Assembly (NCBI GenBank): GCA_036172245.1
Contig: JAYWIR010000040.1
Location: 682,001-746,000, forward strand
From: Raillietiella orientalis
Lineage: Eukaryota
Length of the DNA: 64,000 bases
Direction: 5' to 3'
Shown here: positions 12,271 through 26,200 of the stretch, one piece after another
Layout: each line of letters begins with the position of its first letter
Numbering within the stretch: position 1 is the first letter of the stretch
Notes under the pieces: generated by a model
What the model was told of the DNA's origin: nothing
The model's input: only the letters and a program-made list of their open reading frames with translations
Databases searched by the model: none
Translations under genes and position numbers: made by a program

Positions 12271-14824
12271 AGAGAGTGGGACGGTCAAGGAGCGCGCACT
12301 GAGTCAAAAGTGATGGCGGCAGCTGTCCCTCCGTTTCCTTCGAGGCTGCGTGGGTGGATGGTAGCGCTCAGATGAGCCCTCCGAGAGGTCAAACGCGCGC
12401 TTACGATGAGTCGAGATGAACTCATTCGAGATCCGAGGGGACTTTTCTACCCTTCGGACAGCGTTCCTCGAAGGGGAGGCATGCAGCGGAGGAGTTGCTG
12501 CTTAACCCTTGCTTGCCTGCGGCGTCTGACCGTTGCCCGGGGCCGCGATTTGGGGAGTTGCATGTCACGAACACTACCCTACGGGTCCAAATTTCCCGCC
12601 CCTTCTTTTCCCCCCACTCTTGCCCTTCCTATCAGGCAAGGCACCGCCGCCTTCTTTTGCAGCGGACCAGAGCTGTTTCTCTCGCTCCCTCGAGAGAACT
12701 GTCCACTCCCCCTTCCCCCCTCTTTCCCCGTAGCAATATCTGCCCCATCTTCAAGCGCCGAGGAGGAGGAAGTTAGCGAAAGGAGAGGGAGAAATTAAAA
12801 CGGATCGCCGGAGACTGAATTTCCAGGGAGCGAGGCAGGTCGCGCGTGCGCGCGCCTGCCGTCCGGAGGAGCGATCGATCGATCCGCGTCGGAGCTGCGG
12901 CGCAGCGCAGCGCGATCCACGGGTTGCCCCTGCGCAGGGGGAGGAGGCCACTGTCGCCTTTGGGACGTTATAAAGGGGCCTCGCTGCGGAGCAGAAGGTG
13001 CCCTCTTATCGGAAGGACCAGTCGCTTTTGCTGCACTCAGAAACCTGCCGGAAGCTCCAACGGTCCCACCTCCTCAGCTGCCGCCTATCCCCTGGGCATG
13101 CCGGAAGGGAAAGAGGAAGAACGCACCAGCCTGTGAGAGTTGCTGGCTCTCCACGCATCCACTCGAGACCGCCGCTTCCATGTCTGGAGCGCGGGAGATG
13201 GAAGTCGAGGATGACCCCTGCCGACCCTCCAAAGAGAGCTGCTTTCGATGTACCTGTCCGACGGGTTGATGCCACGCCTGGATGCTGGATAAACGCGGAA
13301 AACGTTCATTGGGCAAAGTTGTTTGCACTGTACTTTCTCTTTCGCAGGAATGCCTCCGGCCAATCTTCCGGCGATATGAACTGCTGCGCTGATTAGCAAG
13401 GCGGCCAGGGAGGCAGCTGGCGGTTGCGGCACAGGGAGGAGACGGGAATGGGAAGAGGAGGGGGAGGATATTGCGCAACCCTTGCGCAGGAGAGGAACGA
13501 GGGAAAGCGGAGAGCGAACGAACCTGACGGCGAAACTCGAGCAGACGAGGATCTCCTCCTCCCGTCAAGGAAGAGGAAGGTAGCGCAAGCACCGGCCAAG
13601 GGACACGCGGAGTCCACCAGGGAGGAGGCGACCCATGACGAGCAACGGGAGGTGCACCGGAGAGGGCGCGCGTGTGTGAAGGGCAGATGAAGGTGCCCCT
13701 GGGTCCCGCCTACCTTGCTCTTCTCCGAGGGGCAGGGGAGGCGGAAGCGCTTCCCTTGGCCGTGGTGCGACCCACAGCGCAATCCCGAGCGGGTGACGAC
13801 TCGACGCGCGCGTTTCTGGGATAGTCTCAGAAGACTCCCCGGCCATCCACTGGGAAGTCCCTCCTTTCAGTTCCTCGAGAAGATGATTACGATAGACAAA
13901 ATCCAGGAGGCAGGGGAAGGGAAAAGGAGAAGGAGAGGAAGAGAAAGAAGGAATGAGGAAGAAGAGAGGAGGAAAACACGAGGGCAGGAAATGCATTCAA
14001 ATTTAAGGTTTCGTCCTTGGTAGGCGAAAGACGATCTCAGGTTTCGATCCGAGGCCTGAATTTCCATTCCTGGTGGGACAGGGGAAACCAAGACGGAAAT
14101 GACGAGGATGAAGCGACTGGAACGGCGAAGGCGCAGCCACTGTCAACGCGGCTGACCTCGTTTGCGCGAAGAGAGCAACGCGCGGAAGGAAAAGAGATAA
14201 CGATGAAAATGTCCGCCCGCGTCTCCTTCTCCCTCCTTCCCTCTCCGGACATTGTCCCCTAGTGAGCTGCTTCCTTTCCCGTTCCTCCTCTTCGTTTCGT
14301 GGACCCTCGAGAAGGGACGGTCGAACACCTTCGAACTCATTAGTCTTTCTTTCCCCCCTTCCCTTCCTTCCCTGGAGCTCTGGGCGGATGCCTTCTCCCT
14401 CCTCCCGGGGGCCAGCTGCGGAGCCACCTGGCTTGCGCGGCGCTCCCGAGGCACGCACCCAACCGTTCCGGCCCGCGGCACGGAGCGAGAGACGCAGAGC
14501 GCCTGCGGTCGATCCCTGCGGCGCTCGGAGAAGCTGCAGGGATCAACCTTGGAACTCATCGGAAAGGGAAGCGCAGGAGAGCGAGGCGGGAGAGGGGAGG
14601 GGGCTCGCGTCTCGGTCGGAGTGCCGACGGTCATGCGTGAGACGCAAATCAGCTCGCGCGTCGTCGCCCGACAAAGGCTCGGCGGCCGATCAGTGTTGCC
14701 AGAAGCAACGCAAGAACAGGATGGGGAGATCTACGGGGAGATCGAGAGCGGAAGAACGCACGCGCGCTCACAAAAGAAAGGACAAAAAACATGCCCTTCG
14801 TGCACGCGCGCGCGCACGAGCACA

Positions 14825-14849
14825 TGTGTGTGTGTGTGTGTGTGTGTGT
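14825..14849. repeat. (TG)n microsatellite
   Basis: Direct reading. Confidence 0.95.
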
Positions 14850-15559
14850 TTTTGGAATATCCTCCTTTATATGCGTCTATATATATTTGTTGGAGGCCGC
14901 GAAAGTCATTCGCGAGTGACGCGTTGCCTGCTGCGCTGGTCGCGATGGTTGAAACTGCGTGTGGAAGCATCCGATGAGCGGAAAGCTCGGCCTCCTCCCC
15001 CACTCGCGGTAGCTGTGAAAACAACGATGCGTCCAGTAAACGGGACGACACTCGTACGCGCGCGTCAGAGAGGATCAGCGAAAGGGACGGGAGAGGAAAA
15101 AGAATGAGGAAGAAGCGTCCGCTTCGAGGAGGAGAAGACTCGAGTGGGAACGGAAGCTTTCGAAATGGAAAGTAAATCACAGCCGTTGACAGTTTCTTGA
15201 CAACGGGCGTGCTCTCAAGAGCCGGATATTTTAAAATGGTCCTCGGCTTGGTTTTGTTTTCCGTCAAGCTTTCTTCGCAAGATCTTGCGACGGCGAGCGC
15301 CAGCATCATCGCAAGAGATTCCAGTGTCTTCCCACGGAGATGCTCTCGCGCTTCCCTAAAGGTCGCGTCAGCGATCGGAGGGATCTCCCGCAGCCCTACT
15401 CGGAGCGTGTTTGACGACACCTGCCACGGAGGCGGACGGACGGGAGAAGAAAGCGCAAGGGAGACGGAGACAAAAAGAGAGCGGAAGGGTGAGGGGAGGA
15501 GACACGGTAACTCCCTTGACGAACCCTTCGGGAACGGCTTCCGGAGCGCGGAATCCGTG

Positions 15560-17200
15560 GGCCTAACGGGTGGATCCCTGGTGGACAAAAGACTTCCCGA
15601 GCGCGAGGAGGTAGGAAAGACCCCCGATAGTCGCCAGCATTGAGGAAGCTTCCACGTCGAGATCAAAGCCGGCTTCACAGGGAGGTGCTGGACGACTCAC
15701 TGGGAGGTCAACAAAAGGACCTTGACCGCCGAAAATCGGCTTACCCTTATTCCACCCCTCCCCCACCGGCGCGTTTCGTTTCTCCCGCTGGAATGTGCTG
15801 AGCGCTTCGCACACTTAGAGGACCCCAGTTCGCAATGTGATGGCGCCGGTCATGTTTTCCAAGACAGTGCCAATTTCCCCAGTCTTGCGCCAAAGTCTGC
15901 ACAGGAGCTCGACCGATTCCCGGGGATGGTTTGCGAAATCATCCCAACGCATGTGACAGCATTAAGATTCCTATCTGACGTCGCATGACGTCGAAGATTG
16001 AGGGTCCCTTGGCCAACTTCGCAGCAGGAGGGGAAATGCGGCTCAACAGATTTCGCCCTACATTTTTTTTTTTCTTTCCAGGCAGAGGGCTCTTCATCAG
16101 GACCTCAAATCTGATGCAGCATTGGTCACAAGCTCGTGGCTTTTTATTTTTTCGCTCCGCAAGAGCACTCTTCCAAGAATACCCCACTTCTTCCTATTCT
16201 ATTATTCTACCCCGAAGGAGGGATGATTTGCGTTCCTCGCTCACCAAAGAGTGCTGAAGTCCGTTGGTATCCTTTGCTCCTGATGCTTAGGAACCTCATC
16301 GAGACCCCTGAAACCTCCTCAACGAGAGGCATTCCTGGTGAGATCAGACTGGATTCCGATGGAGGGAACTCGATCCCTGTTCTGCCACATGCAAGTCAAC
16401 TGCTAAGCAGCAGCGTGATTCATCTGGACCTAGCACTAGCTGCTTAGGAAGCAACTACAAACAGGCTTTGGCATGTCTTAGCCTTCTGAGCTATCGTGCT
16501 GGCACTTCTTTCACTAATTCTGGACCTGCGGCGATCGTTCCCTGGGAGCAACACCGCATCACCAGCACGCTGCATCCTCATCGAGTGTTGTTGCCAGCCT
16601 TGGTTAGGGGCCCCCTCTACGTTGCATCCTCTCTTCCTAACGATCTCAGGCGTTCCTCCTCCCAGCATCCAGCTGTGCTTCCAGCGGACTTCCGCCGTCC
16701 TCCTCCTCCGTTTCCTCCGCAGCCCCCTGGAGTCCGCGGTCGGCCCCGCGTTCGGGGCGCATCTCGCCATCAGGTCGCGCTTTAAGACGAAGCTGCCGCT
16801 CTCGTGACATCTGGGGGAACTTCCTGAAGCTGCGTCTCCGAAGGACGCAGCGTCCGGGGAGAACGCGCGCATCAAATTTCAGATGCCTTTGGTGCTGTCC
16901 AGGAAACAAAGCGCACGGAGCAGCACGGTCGAGTGATTCTCCTGGTGTGTTGCCCGGCGTGTCGCTCGTCGCCCGCATCGCGCTTTAGTAATTGCGGAGG
17001 CTATTTGTAGGGGAGGTGGGAGGACGAAGGGCATTTCATCCGGAAAAACAGGGAGGTTGCAGGCGGCAGAATAAGCGGCATTCCGTAGAGAGTCGCCATA
17101 ATCCGTGGCAAGAGAATGATGCCGTGGCAGTCCGACGGTCCACTCGAGAGACGCCTGCACTCGGGAAGAAGAAGAAACGAACTCGTTGGCAAATGGATGG
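15560..17200 (-). mobile_element. Highly degenerate L1/Tx1-like remnant
   Basis: GWNKGKP at about 15750 resembles LWNKGRP; IASAITK...TPG resembles the pre-RT AI..K.PG motif. Confidence 0.35.
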
Positions 17201-17773
17201 ACCGGGGAAGGCCGTGATCGAGTAGGATACGCAGGCTCCATCTTCTCACCAGGGAAGGTAGAAGAAAAGAGCGGTTGCGTCTGTGCAGAGAGGAAGCGGC
17301 GGCGGCGGTTTGTCCTCGCAGTTGGTTTCTGTGGGTTGGGTTATTATTCCAACGCGGCGAGTGGGAGGGGGGATGGCAGTCAGTCGAAGTAGCTCGTAGG
17401 GTATGGAGAGTGAAATTTTCCATTTCCGGGGAACGACGATGGGCTATTGAGTGGAATCCGACTGCCAGAACGACTTGGCCTCCAGTAGTTCCCGAGTTAT
17501 CCTCTCTAGGTCACTGAAGAGGCCTGAGAGCGGAAGGAAGGTGAGTCCTTTCGGGAGTCTGCCAGCATAACCTCTCAGGAGTTTTTTAGCGCAGAACTTC
17601 TCTTTTTCCAGCATGGCTCGAGAACCGTTTCGTGACTCGCGCGCACGAAACGTGCGGGATCCATTCCGAGAAGGCGACTGTGTGCAGTTATCTCGGAGCT
17701 TGTCTTTTGTCGAGACTGCCATCCCGTCCTATGAGAATGGGCGCAGTTTCCAATTCAGAACCTTCCTTTAGAT

Positions 17774-18135
17774 CAGTGCTTCCCAAAGTGGGCACCCCCC
17801 CCCCCGGACCCCCTGGTGGGCGCTGGAACGATTCAGGAGGGGCGACAGTAGCCTCGAGTGCGATTGGGGGGTGTTGGATGAAAACAGTAATTTTCCGTGC
17901 GTAATGCGAATGTTACTATGGTCGATTTCAAGAAATAATTCGAGCTTCAACATGTTTTATTTGCAACATCTTTTCTTACTATGTTGTAGGACGTAGATAG
18001 AAATACAGATACACAAAATAACGCAAATTTGTCACTCATCTTTCGGTTTGTTCATTTAAAAAGGTACATTTTCAGGCGCCGAGTAATTTTTGATCTGAAA
18101 AAGGGGCGGTAGTCCAAATAAGTTGAGAACCTACG
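17774..18135. mobile_element. hAT (Charlie/Buster-type) MITE, 362 bp
   Basis: Termini CAGTGCTTCCCAAAGT ... AAGTTGAGAACCTACG; 8 bp TSD CTTTAGAT / CCTTAGAT (7/8 match); AT-rich interior. Confidence 0.8.
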
Positions 18136-18449
18136 CCTTAGATGCATAAGGACTAGGCATAAGGACTGCATTAGGATGCACGCTGAGATTCTAGGGATCG
18201 TTGAAAAACCTCTGGACATCACCTATTATTCGTGTGCCATCAAAGAATAGGCGAACCTAGTCCTCAAGCAGAGTGTGGGCTTGGAGTGTCTGCTTTATGT
18301 AACCTGAATGTACCGTGCGTTGGTGTCACCCAAGGCTTGCTGTTTCCTGACGAGGGATGAAAAAGCCTCGTCTATTCTTTGTAAGGAGGCCCCATTTCGT
18401 GATGTTTGTGCGCTAGAAAAAACGAAAGACCCACGTATAAGGCGAGATA

Positions 18450-18515
18450 TACGGTTCCCCGTTATACGGGTCCGCTTTACAATAGCCCTGTGGGTTCGTA
18501 TAACGAGGACTACGG
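18450..18515. mobile_element. Tiny pogo/Tigger-like inverted-terminus element
   Basis: CCCCGTTATACG ... CGTATAACGAGG inverted pair; extra CGTATAA at 18434. Confidence 0.4.
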
Positions 18516-21500
18516 AAAATACTTCGCAAAGATATGATAAGTATCTTCAATGTTTGAGTACATGTTTAAGCAGTAGAATGTATATTAATACACTTGAAAC
18601 GAAAGTATGGAAGTTGAAGGTGTTTATTTATTATTTAACTTGGTTTGAATCCTACCGGTTCGTAAACCGGAAACCTCCTGTATCGTCACGCAGCAGTCAA
18701 TCCATGTCCTTCCAGGTCTGGACATTCCTCAACGAGCCACAGAACACCCGAAGAAAGGCAGCCTTAATGCCACGTCCGAAAGATCCGTTCTTTCATCCCG
18801 TGTTTTTCGATCTCGGAACGGCTGGAAGCATCTCCAGAGGGAAAGGACGGTATCTCCAGCAAGCTCATGCTGAGGACTGCTTTCTTCCGGGCAAAGGCTC
18901 TCCTCTTTTGCACTTTGGCGGCACTACATCGAGAAGGAATCCAAAGAGTGTGTGAGTAAAGACCTGGATGAAAGCAAAAGCTCTTGACCATGAATCATGC
19001 ATAGTCCAACATCAGAAGGCTGTTCTCTGGAGCCATATCTTTAATGCATCTCCTGCTCAATGCTTCACCTCTCTCTAGGAATCATCAAGAGATGCATCGA
19101 GGAGAAGAAGAGATGCGTCAAACGGTCAAGGGACCTCTGACATTTGGTCCGGGAAGAGCTCGAATCCTATCTAATTGTATATCAGCGAATCGATGATGTT
19201 CCATCTCCGTGGAGCTCCAAACATTCGCGCGTGCATTTTAACCCGCCTTTTTCCCCTTCGTATTCCATCAAACAAGAGCAGGAAAGATCTAATCCTGCCG
19301 GAGATCGTTTGAAACCCTAAGCTCTCGTAATTGTGAAAGTGGGAGCCGACGCGCCTTCGCCGTCTGCCTGTCTCTCGGGGGAAGAGTGTGACTCTCCGGG
19401 TCACGCATGCTTGGCTCAGAATAGGGAGCGCGCAAGTAGAAAGCAAAATCACTCTCTGGCAGTCTCCGTGATTCGACTCCTATCAGTCCTTTCGCATCGA
19501 GGATGCTGCTCTCCGTCGCATCTTTGAGTCACTGGGGGGTCCGTATCCATGACACGGAGTTGCGGATTCCCGTTTACCCCGTTTGCCAGTTTGATAGCGT
19601 ATCAAAGTCTTCCCTTACCCCTCCCTTCCCAGTGCACCAACCACTTTTTTCCCTCGTTGTCCTGTCTCATTTCCCTTCTGGTGACCGCCTTCTGCCCTGA
19701 AGCTTTCTGGTAGTTGGCGTAGCTACCGTGCGAAGTTACGGAGACGCACAAGAACTGCAACCGCTCGGGTCGAAGCTGTAGGGCGATTCGAAGAGCTGAA
19801 CTCGAGAGAAACGTTGGCGACTGTTCGTTGGTCCCCCACGGAGGATGCCGATTGTCCTCGAAACGATCGGCCGTGATGGACATCGGTCGTTACGTGGGCT
19901 TTGCCTTCCATCGCGCAAGCGGAGTTTGCGTCATATGGCGACCCGAGTTTTCCTGGGAGACACAGGTCACCACCACCAGTTTTCTCGTAGGACGCATTTG
20001 CTTCGTGAAACCGCAGGAGGGCTGGAAGGCGTGGTCATCAATCTCCGTGCCGAATCTTCCGTCCTGAAACGGAAGTGGGCAAGCGGCGGAAGTCACGAGA
20101 AAGCTTCTTCGCACGACGAGGATCCGGAGTGGAGAGCCCACCGTGGTAACCACGGTGAACGTTTCCGAAAGACAACCTGCGCTTGCTACAGAGTTCCGGC
20201 GCGAATAGCAACGCTGGAAGAACTGATGCCTGTTTAAAATCGTGGTTCGAGGTGTTTTTTCCTTTTCCTCTTCTTAAGGAAGGGATGTTAAGAAATTCCC
20301 ACAACGCAGCTTGGCTTTTCAAGAGAGATGCCCGGCATCTGCGATTCTGGATCATAGCTGCTAATTTATCCCTAGGCAGCATAGAGGGGGTAAAATATGG
20401 AAAGTTTACTCCCGTGTTTCGTCACCATCTGTGTGTTCATTTTTGTGACAAGAGCTCCTTCTCTTCCTCTCTTTTTTTTTTTTTTGTACACGATGCTTTT
20501 GTTCTTGGTGGTCCACGGCAGTCCCTCTTCATTCATGACGTTCATTGAAAGCGAATTTCAAACCAAGGGAGGGCTTTTTCCCAGAAAAGATTGGGTTTCG
20601 AATGAAAGCCGTGAGTTTGTTTAAGGGCCGCTTCTTGCTGTTTGCGACTTCCCCCCCCCCCCCTTCAGCACGAGTTGCCCGAAGACTTTTTGTTATCCAA
20701 GCAGAGCTGAGAGTCCTGAGATGGAGTCGATAATGAAGTTTGCTGGATGCCGCGATCACCAGCCCACTTGCGAAATTCCAGCATTGGCAAAGCGCGCGCG
20801 GTCCGCCGATCCATCTGTCCAAGGAGAAATTCCCTCTCACGAAGGGATGTTCTCTGATTTCCTGGAATGAGGTCCGTCGGCTCGAGACGTCTTCCCTGAT
20901 GGAAGAGCTCGCATCTGAAAACTCCATTCGGGAAGGAGGAATTTCCGCAGTCGAAAATTCCAGCCGATCACCGAGGTTCCAGGAGGGGGCACGGAAAGTC
21001 CTGTTCGATCTTTTCTTTGTCTGATGGAACTTCTCAGCATCCTCAAGTTCTCATCACGAGGTTTCTAAACGAAAAAAAAAAAAAAAAACACTAATTACAG
21101 AAATTTGCAGCTGCAGAATCCATTTCACAAGGAGTAGGGCATTTTGTGAACCAGGTCTCTCTCACTTACGAAGACCGAAAGACCTCTATGCAAGGAAACC
21201 TTCCCAGAGTGATGGAACTGTCGACGACGTGTTCGTTCCCTGGAATGACTGCCGTACCTTCTTGGCGCTGGCATCCGTCCCAGCGCCCTGCCTGTTTGTT
21301 CTGTGCGTTGCGCCATGAGCTCTTTCTGGCGCTGCTTGGTTGGCTACTTACGCTATTCCCACGGACTACTTTCAACATCGTCTTCGGATTGCAATGCTCC
21401 ACTCAACACTTTAGTTCGAAACCACACCCACTCAGCTCCCGCTGCTCTGCCAAGGGTTCCCTCCTACAAATTTGGGTGTGATGGTTCGGCAGCCACTACC

Positions 21501-22879
21501 GAGTCCCTTTCTTTTCTTTAAGCGCCTCTCAGCTGAGATCCAAATTCTCACGGGGCTGACTGAAATGCAGGTGAGATTCCAGTCTGAAAGAGAGCAGGCC
21601 AATGCTCGAGGACATGGTCACTGGATACACTCTCCTAGGAGTCTGCTTCCAACTGGGGATGCTCGTCCACAGGCACCGCCACGGCACCAACTTCTCTTGT
21701 TTTAATAATCAGGAATTTTCGTTTCCCGTTTTTGTGAAGGATATCAAGTTAGTAGCATTCGTCTGCTCTTAGACATGAAGAATGTTCAAGGTCACATTTC
21801 TTCCCGTCGCTGCACAGGAAAATGGACGTCATCTCTTATTTTGTTCACATCACGTCGCAGACTGCCGACTAGAGGAAAAGCACTCTAGCTCTCTAGAGGG
21901 AAAGGTTGATTTGACATATTCGGAACCAGAAACATGCTGGTTAAGAATTTTTCCGGTCATGTGCATAGGGGAAGAGACATGCGTTGTCAAGTGCCCCTAC
22001 GGACCAAAGCTCCTTTTCCAAATCAACTGTTTGCATAGCGTATCCAATTCTTGGAAAGAATTTCTCGGGAATTTTCATTGGCCGTCTGGAAAGAGCCACT
22101 CCGAAAGTCTGAATGTCAACTCATTTGCCTCGATGTATGAATATTGCATCCGGGAAAAAATGTGTGCCGACCTCTTCCTTGGTAACCCAGTAATTTTCTG
22201 CTTCGCTTGACCAAATACTGACCGTGCGATTAGCACAAGTCCCTCTCTGTGCACATCTGCCTTCCTCTTTTTTTTATTATGGGGCGCGGCTTAAGCTACT
22301 GTCTGTTAGAATAACGCTCTCCGCGGACGGTGCCCACCGCATATGCAGGAGGTGTATGATGTTCGAGCAGTCCGCACACCACACTCACAGTCACTCGAAC
22401 ATTATCACCCAGATGCATGATGAACTCGTAGCAAGGATCAGGAGGACTCTCTGGGAAAATCGGAAGCTGGTCGCCTCGAATCAAGAACTTCCGGGAACGG
22501 TTCCGAGCCCGAGACAGGAGGAGTCCAGGAAGACACAGAGAAGTGTTGTGCTGGACACAGCTCGCGCCCACGAATCATCAGTCTCGCCCCTTGAGCAAAG
22601 GGAATCAAGACAAGGCGAGGAGAGCAAGTACAGGAGATTGGCGCTTCGTCTCGCCGCTAGAGGGGGCTCCTGTATCTGTGCGCGCGATCGACGCAGGAAA
22701 CTTGGGTTCACAGGATGAGGCAGAAGACATCATGACGAGAGGTTCCAAGTTTCCTAGGGGAGAGGGCTGGATCCATACTAGGAGAAAGAGACCGTGTGCG
22801 CCTCGCTCATTCGACGCACTGGGAGGCAAAGGTGGACTACCCTACCCAATGAAGCCACGCCCTGGAGACAGAGCCTCGT

Positions 22880-24691
22880 CAGGAGATAGAAACGAAGAAT
22901 CCATATTAATTGCGGAGGAGGTTGAGAAGTCTCTCTTGACATTGGTAGCAGTCCCTGTTGGCGGCTGACTTTAAGAGTAGCAAATGTAAATCTTCCCTGC
23001 ACCAAAAATGATCGTGCGTCCGAGCCCCTCGTGCGCATGCTCAGCTGACCTGTCGCACGATGGCTCTCACTCATCCGCTTCGCCTCCGAGCTGGATGTTG
23101 CATTAACATCTCGCGCTGTTCGGGAAAATCGCACATCAAGTCGACCAGCCTCCATTAGAGCTAGGGCTCAACGCCTGTTGTGGAACGCCCTCTGGGGACC
23201 TGCGATCTCCAGAATTTGCTTGAAGGACTTGGCGGATTCGCTTCGGGATGCCGGCTTAAGCAACCTGACGCTGGATAAAATCGGACTGCAAGTGCAGGTC
23301 CGGATGCTGGCATCTGCGCCAAGCTGTGGGCTTCCCCGGCGCTGGCACGCATCATCCTGCTGTGATGCGCCGGCAGCGAAGGACTGCTTTCGTTGCTGCC
23401 GAGCACCTACTACAGGATCCGAAGATTCGGCTTCCCCCTGAGGCCACGCGCCTCTCTAGTGGAAGTCCAACCATGGATCTTCCGCCGCCCAACGAACTGC
23501 AATGCTTGTCGGCAAGAGGCTGTCGAGTTCTGAGCTGTGTTCCAGGGGATGCGCCCTCAAGATCTTCGCCCCGAGACATCTACCACGATCGCTGGAAGAG
23601 GTGGTGCAGTGTGCAGAGAAGTGATCGACTCTGGCCGCCACACCCCTCGCTGAAGCGCTGTCTGACCCAAGGGCAAGAGATGACAGCTGCCAACCGGCGA
23701 GATGGAAGTTTTTCCTGCACCATCCCAAGAGAAACGATACTCCTTGGCGGATGGAAGACGAGCGAGCTGGTGGATGCTGCCACTCTGCGTAGTATGGCGA
23801 CTGGGCTCCGTCGGTAGAGTCAACTTTCAAGTGTTCCTCCCGATAAATTTGTGGTCCCTCCCTAGTGCTGTAACACCTGCATGTTCCCTGTTACGTGGAA
23901 ACAGGTAGAGCTACTTCTCCTGCACTGGGGACTCTGGTGCAATCAGCGCTGGCACCCTCATTTTTGGAGAGGTTACACCCCCGAACTGTGCCAGCTGCAG
24001 GTTGGCGGAGTCAATCCCGCACCTGGTTTTGAACTGCGGCACCCACCGGAAACTGTTTCGGAGGCTTGCGTGAGCACCCCTGCACCAGGAGGACAGCGCC
24101 CGCAACCTGCCGCGGCGGTTCTTTGTGTCTGACGGACTTTCGACGGGCGTGGTGATCGCAACGATGGGTTGCGTCCGTGCAATCGTGCCGGGCCGCCATG
24201 TTCTCAAGACGACAATGCAGAGAAGAGAGGTCACTAATATGGCAGCCGCCTACATGATGGCGGCTGCAAGGTGGTCTCACCTGGAAGAAGAAGAGAAGGA
24301 GGAAATCTCCAGCATTCAGAGCCGACTAAGAAGTGAAGATACAGTACGACCCTTGTCGCCAGCTTCCCTTTATTTAGTTACTTGTTTTTTTTTTTTTTTG
24401 ACCACTCAAATTCTCTCCGCACCCATGCTAGTATTCTCTCCCCACCCATGTTTGTATATATACTCATCCCGGTATAGATGGAGCAACACCACAGATCCTT
24501 GCTCCATCTCTCCCGTACCTATTTTTTTGTCTGTTCCCCTTCCCTCCTTCCCGTTCCGGACTTTCGGATATTTCGATCTGCGTATCAGTGGACCCTTTTC
24601 CCGAACTTCCTTTGTCTTTTGCTGAGAACCACCGTGTTCCCGTCTGGTTTATTTTTATTAAATAAACGCCCAGTCGTGACCGGGCAAAAAA
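22880..24691 (+). mobile_element. Degenerate L1/Tx1-like LINE
   Basis: LWGPAISRICLKDLADSLRDAGLSNL matches the post-RT motif of the 35136 copy; same 3' end AATAAACGCCC...GTGACCGGG-A6 at 24661-24691. Confidence 0.65.
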
Positions 24692-25204
24692 CCTCCGCTA
24701 GAATCCCCTGCCGCTCCCTATCTGCTTTTATCTTGAGTGCCTGCTGCCCAAGCCAGAGCGCACAAAAACCCGGGAACTTTTGATGTCTTGTGGAAAACGC
24801 GATCTTCCCTGTTTTTCGAGCTTCCAAGTGCTCTTTTCCGGAGGGGTGCTTCGAGAGGAATGATCTCGTTTGGTTTCTGAACATCTCCCCGCGCCCCAAG
24901 CGCCCTTCTTCGGTTTCGGGGAAAGATGGTTCTAGAAACTTGCGAGGAATGCGATGTGGAGACAACTTATCCCTCTTCTCGCCCCCCCGAGATGGGCATA
25001 CGTCAACTGTCTCCTCATCCATCTTAGTGACGCCGCTGCCCCTGTTCGGCGGTCTTTCTTGTGCATCCGATTTCTGAAGGAATGTCCTCGCGACCACCCT
25101 GAGGCCTCAAGCTTTGCCGAGCCGCCCGCGAGCCTCTGCACGAATTCGGAATTCCTCAGGCGTCTCCCGGTGCTTTCTGAACTGAAGCAGGAGGAGGCCA
25201 CGCC

Positions 25205-25302
25205 TTCTTCGCATCGGATATCCACGGGACAGATTCGAAGCAGAGTGCGATCTGCTCCGCCAGATGAGTTGTTTCAGGTCCAGGAAGCAAGTTCTCCACA
25301 AA
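25205..25302 (+). repeat. ~100 bp direct repeat, second copy at 27119-27218
   Basis: CGGGACAGATTCGAAGCAGAGTG and TTCAGGTCCAGG blocks identical in both copies. Confidence 0.85.
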
Positions 25303-25499
25303 AGCTGGTGGTCTCCCGATCGTTGGCGAGAAAACCTGTGACCTTGACATGTCACCTTTTCCCTTCCTGCTAAGAAAGATATGGAGCTTCAGAAACAGAC
25401 GGTGAGGGCTCTGTTCTCGTTCCAGGAAGCTACGATCTGGTCCCGAATGGTGGACCCCGCAGCATTCCATTCGTACCTGGTGACGAATGCACTGTTTAT

Positions 25500-26200
25500 C
25501 GGAAAAGTTAGCCTGACCTTCACTCTCCACTTTCAGAAAGTCATCCACGCTTCGCGGAACAGCAACCAAACCCCGAAACAAACGTTCTCGAATCAGAAAA
25601 GAAAGGAAAAAGGAAGAAATATGGCGGTGGTGGTTCTTCTCTTGCATTTCCATCCTCACTTTTCCTTCTTTTATTTTCTGGAAAAGCGACATCCACTTGC
25701 CGGTTGCTCCGCGAACCTCAGAGGGAAGTTTTGCCGTTCTTGGTCTGATATTCAGGAACTTTTCCGCCCTCGCGGAGTGATAGATGTGTTGCGACCTCTC
25801 CTCTGGCCTTCGTGTCTTCGTCGGAGATCCCGCTCCCAGTGTTATGTCTGGTACCTCTAGCACTTTCCTGGATCGCCTCCGGAAGAGATCTGCTTCTCGA
25901 GTGTTTCTCCTACTCTAAAAATGGCTGCTGATTTGCTTCACCTCTTCTCCAAGAATGCTCCAGTGACAAGCAATACTTCTGACTTTGCATTCGGTAAAAA
26001 GAGGTATCAGTAAGACGAGGAGGATCACCCTAACAGCTTCCACTTCTTGATCGGGAAAACCGAGTTCCCCGGTCAGCCGCCGGCACCCCTGAGCATCGCT
26101 TGGCGCGGCGACCTTTCCCTCGTCTTGACCACGTCGTTTTGCAACTCGATCAAAGCAATACTTTGCTTGCCGCAGATTTCTGAACCTCATCCCATCTCGA
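25500..26200 (-). mobile_element. Ty3/gypsy-like gag remnant
   Basis: FDRVAK (about 26140) and IRERLFRGLVAVPRSVDDFLK (25594-25530) resemble arthropod gypsy gag motifs, as recalled. Confidence 0.4.

Noticed and set aside
14252..15678. Long ORFs of 241-315 aa
   Set aside because: They run through microsatellites and low-complexity GC-rich DNA and show no protein motifs.
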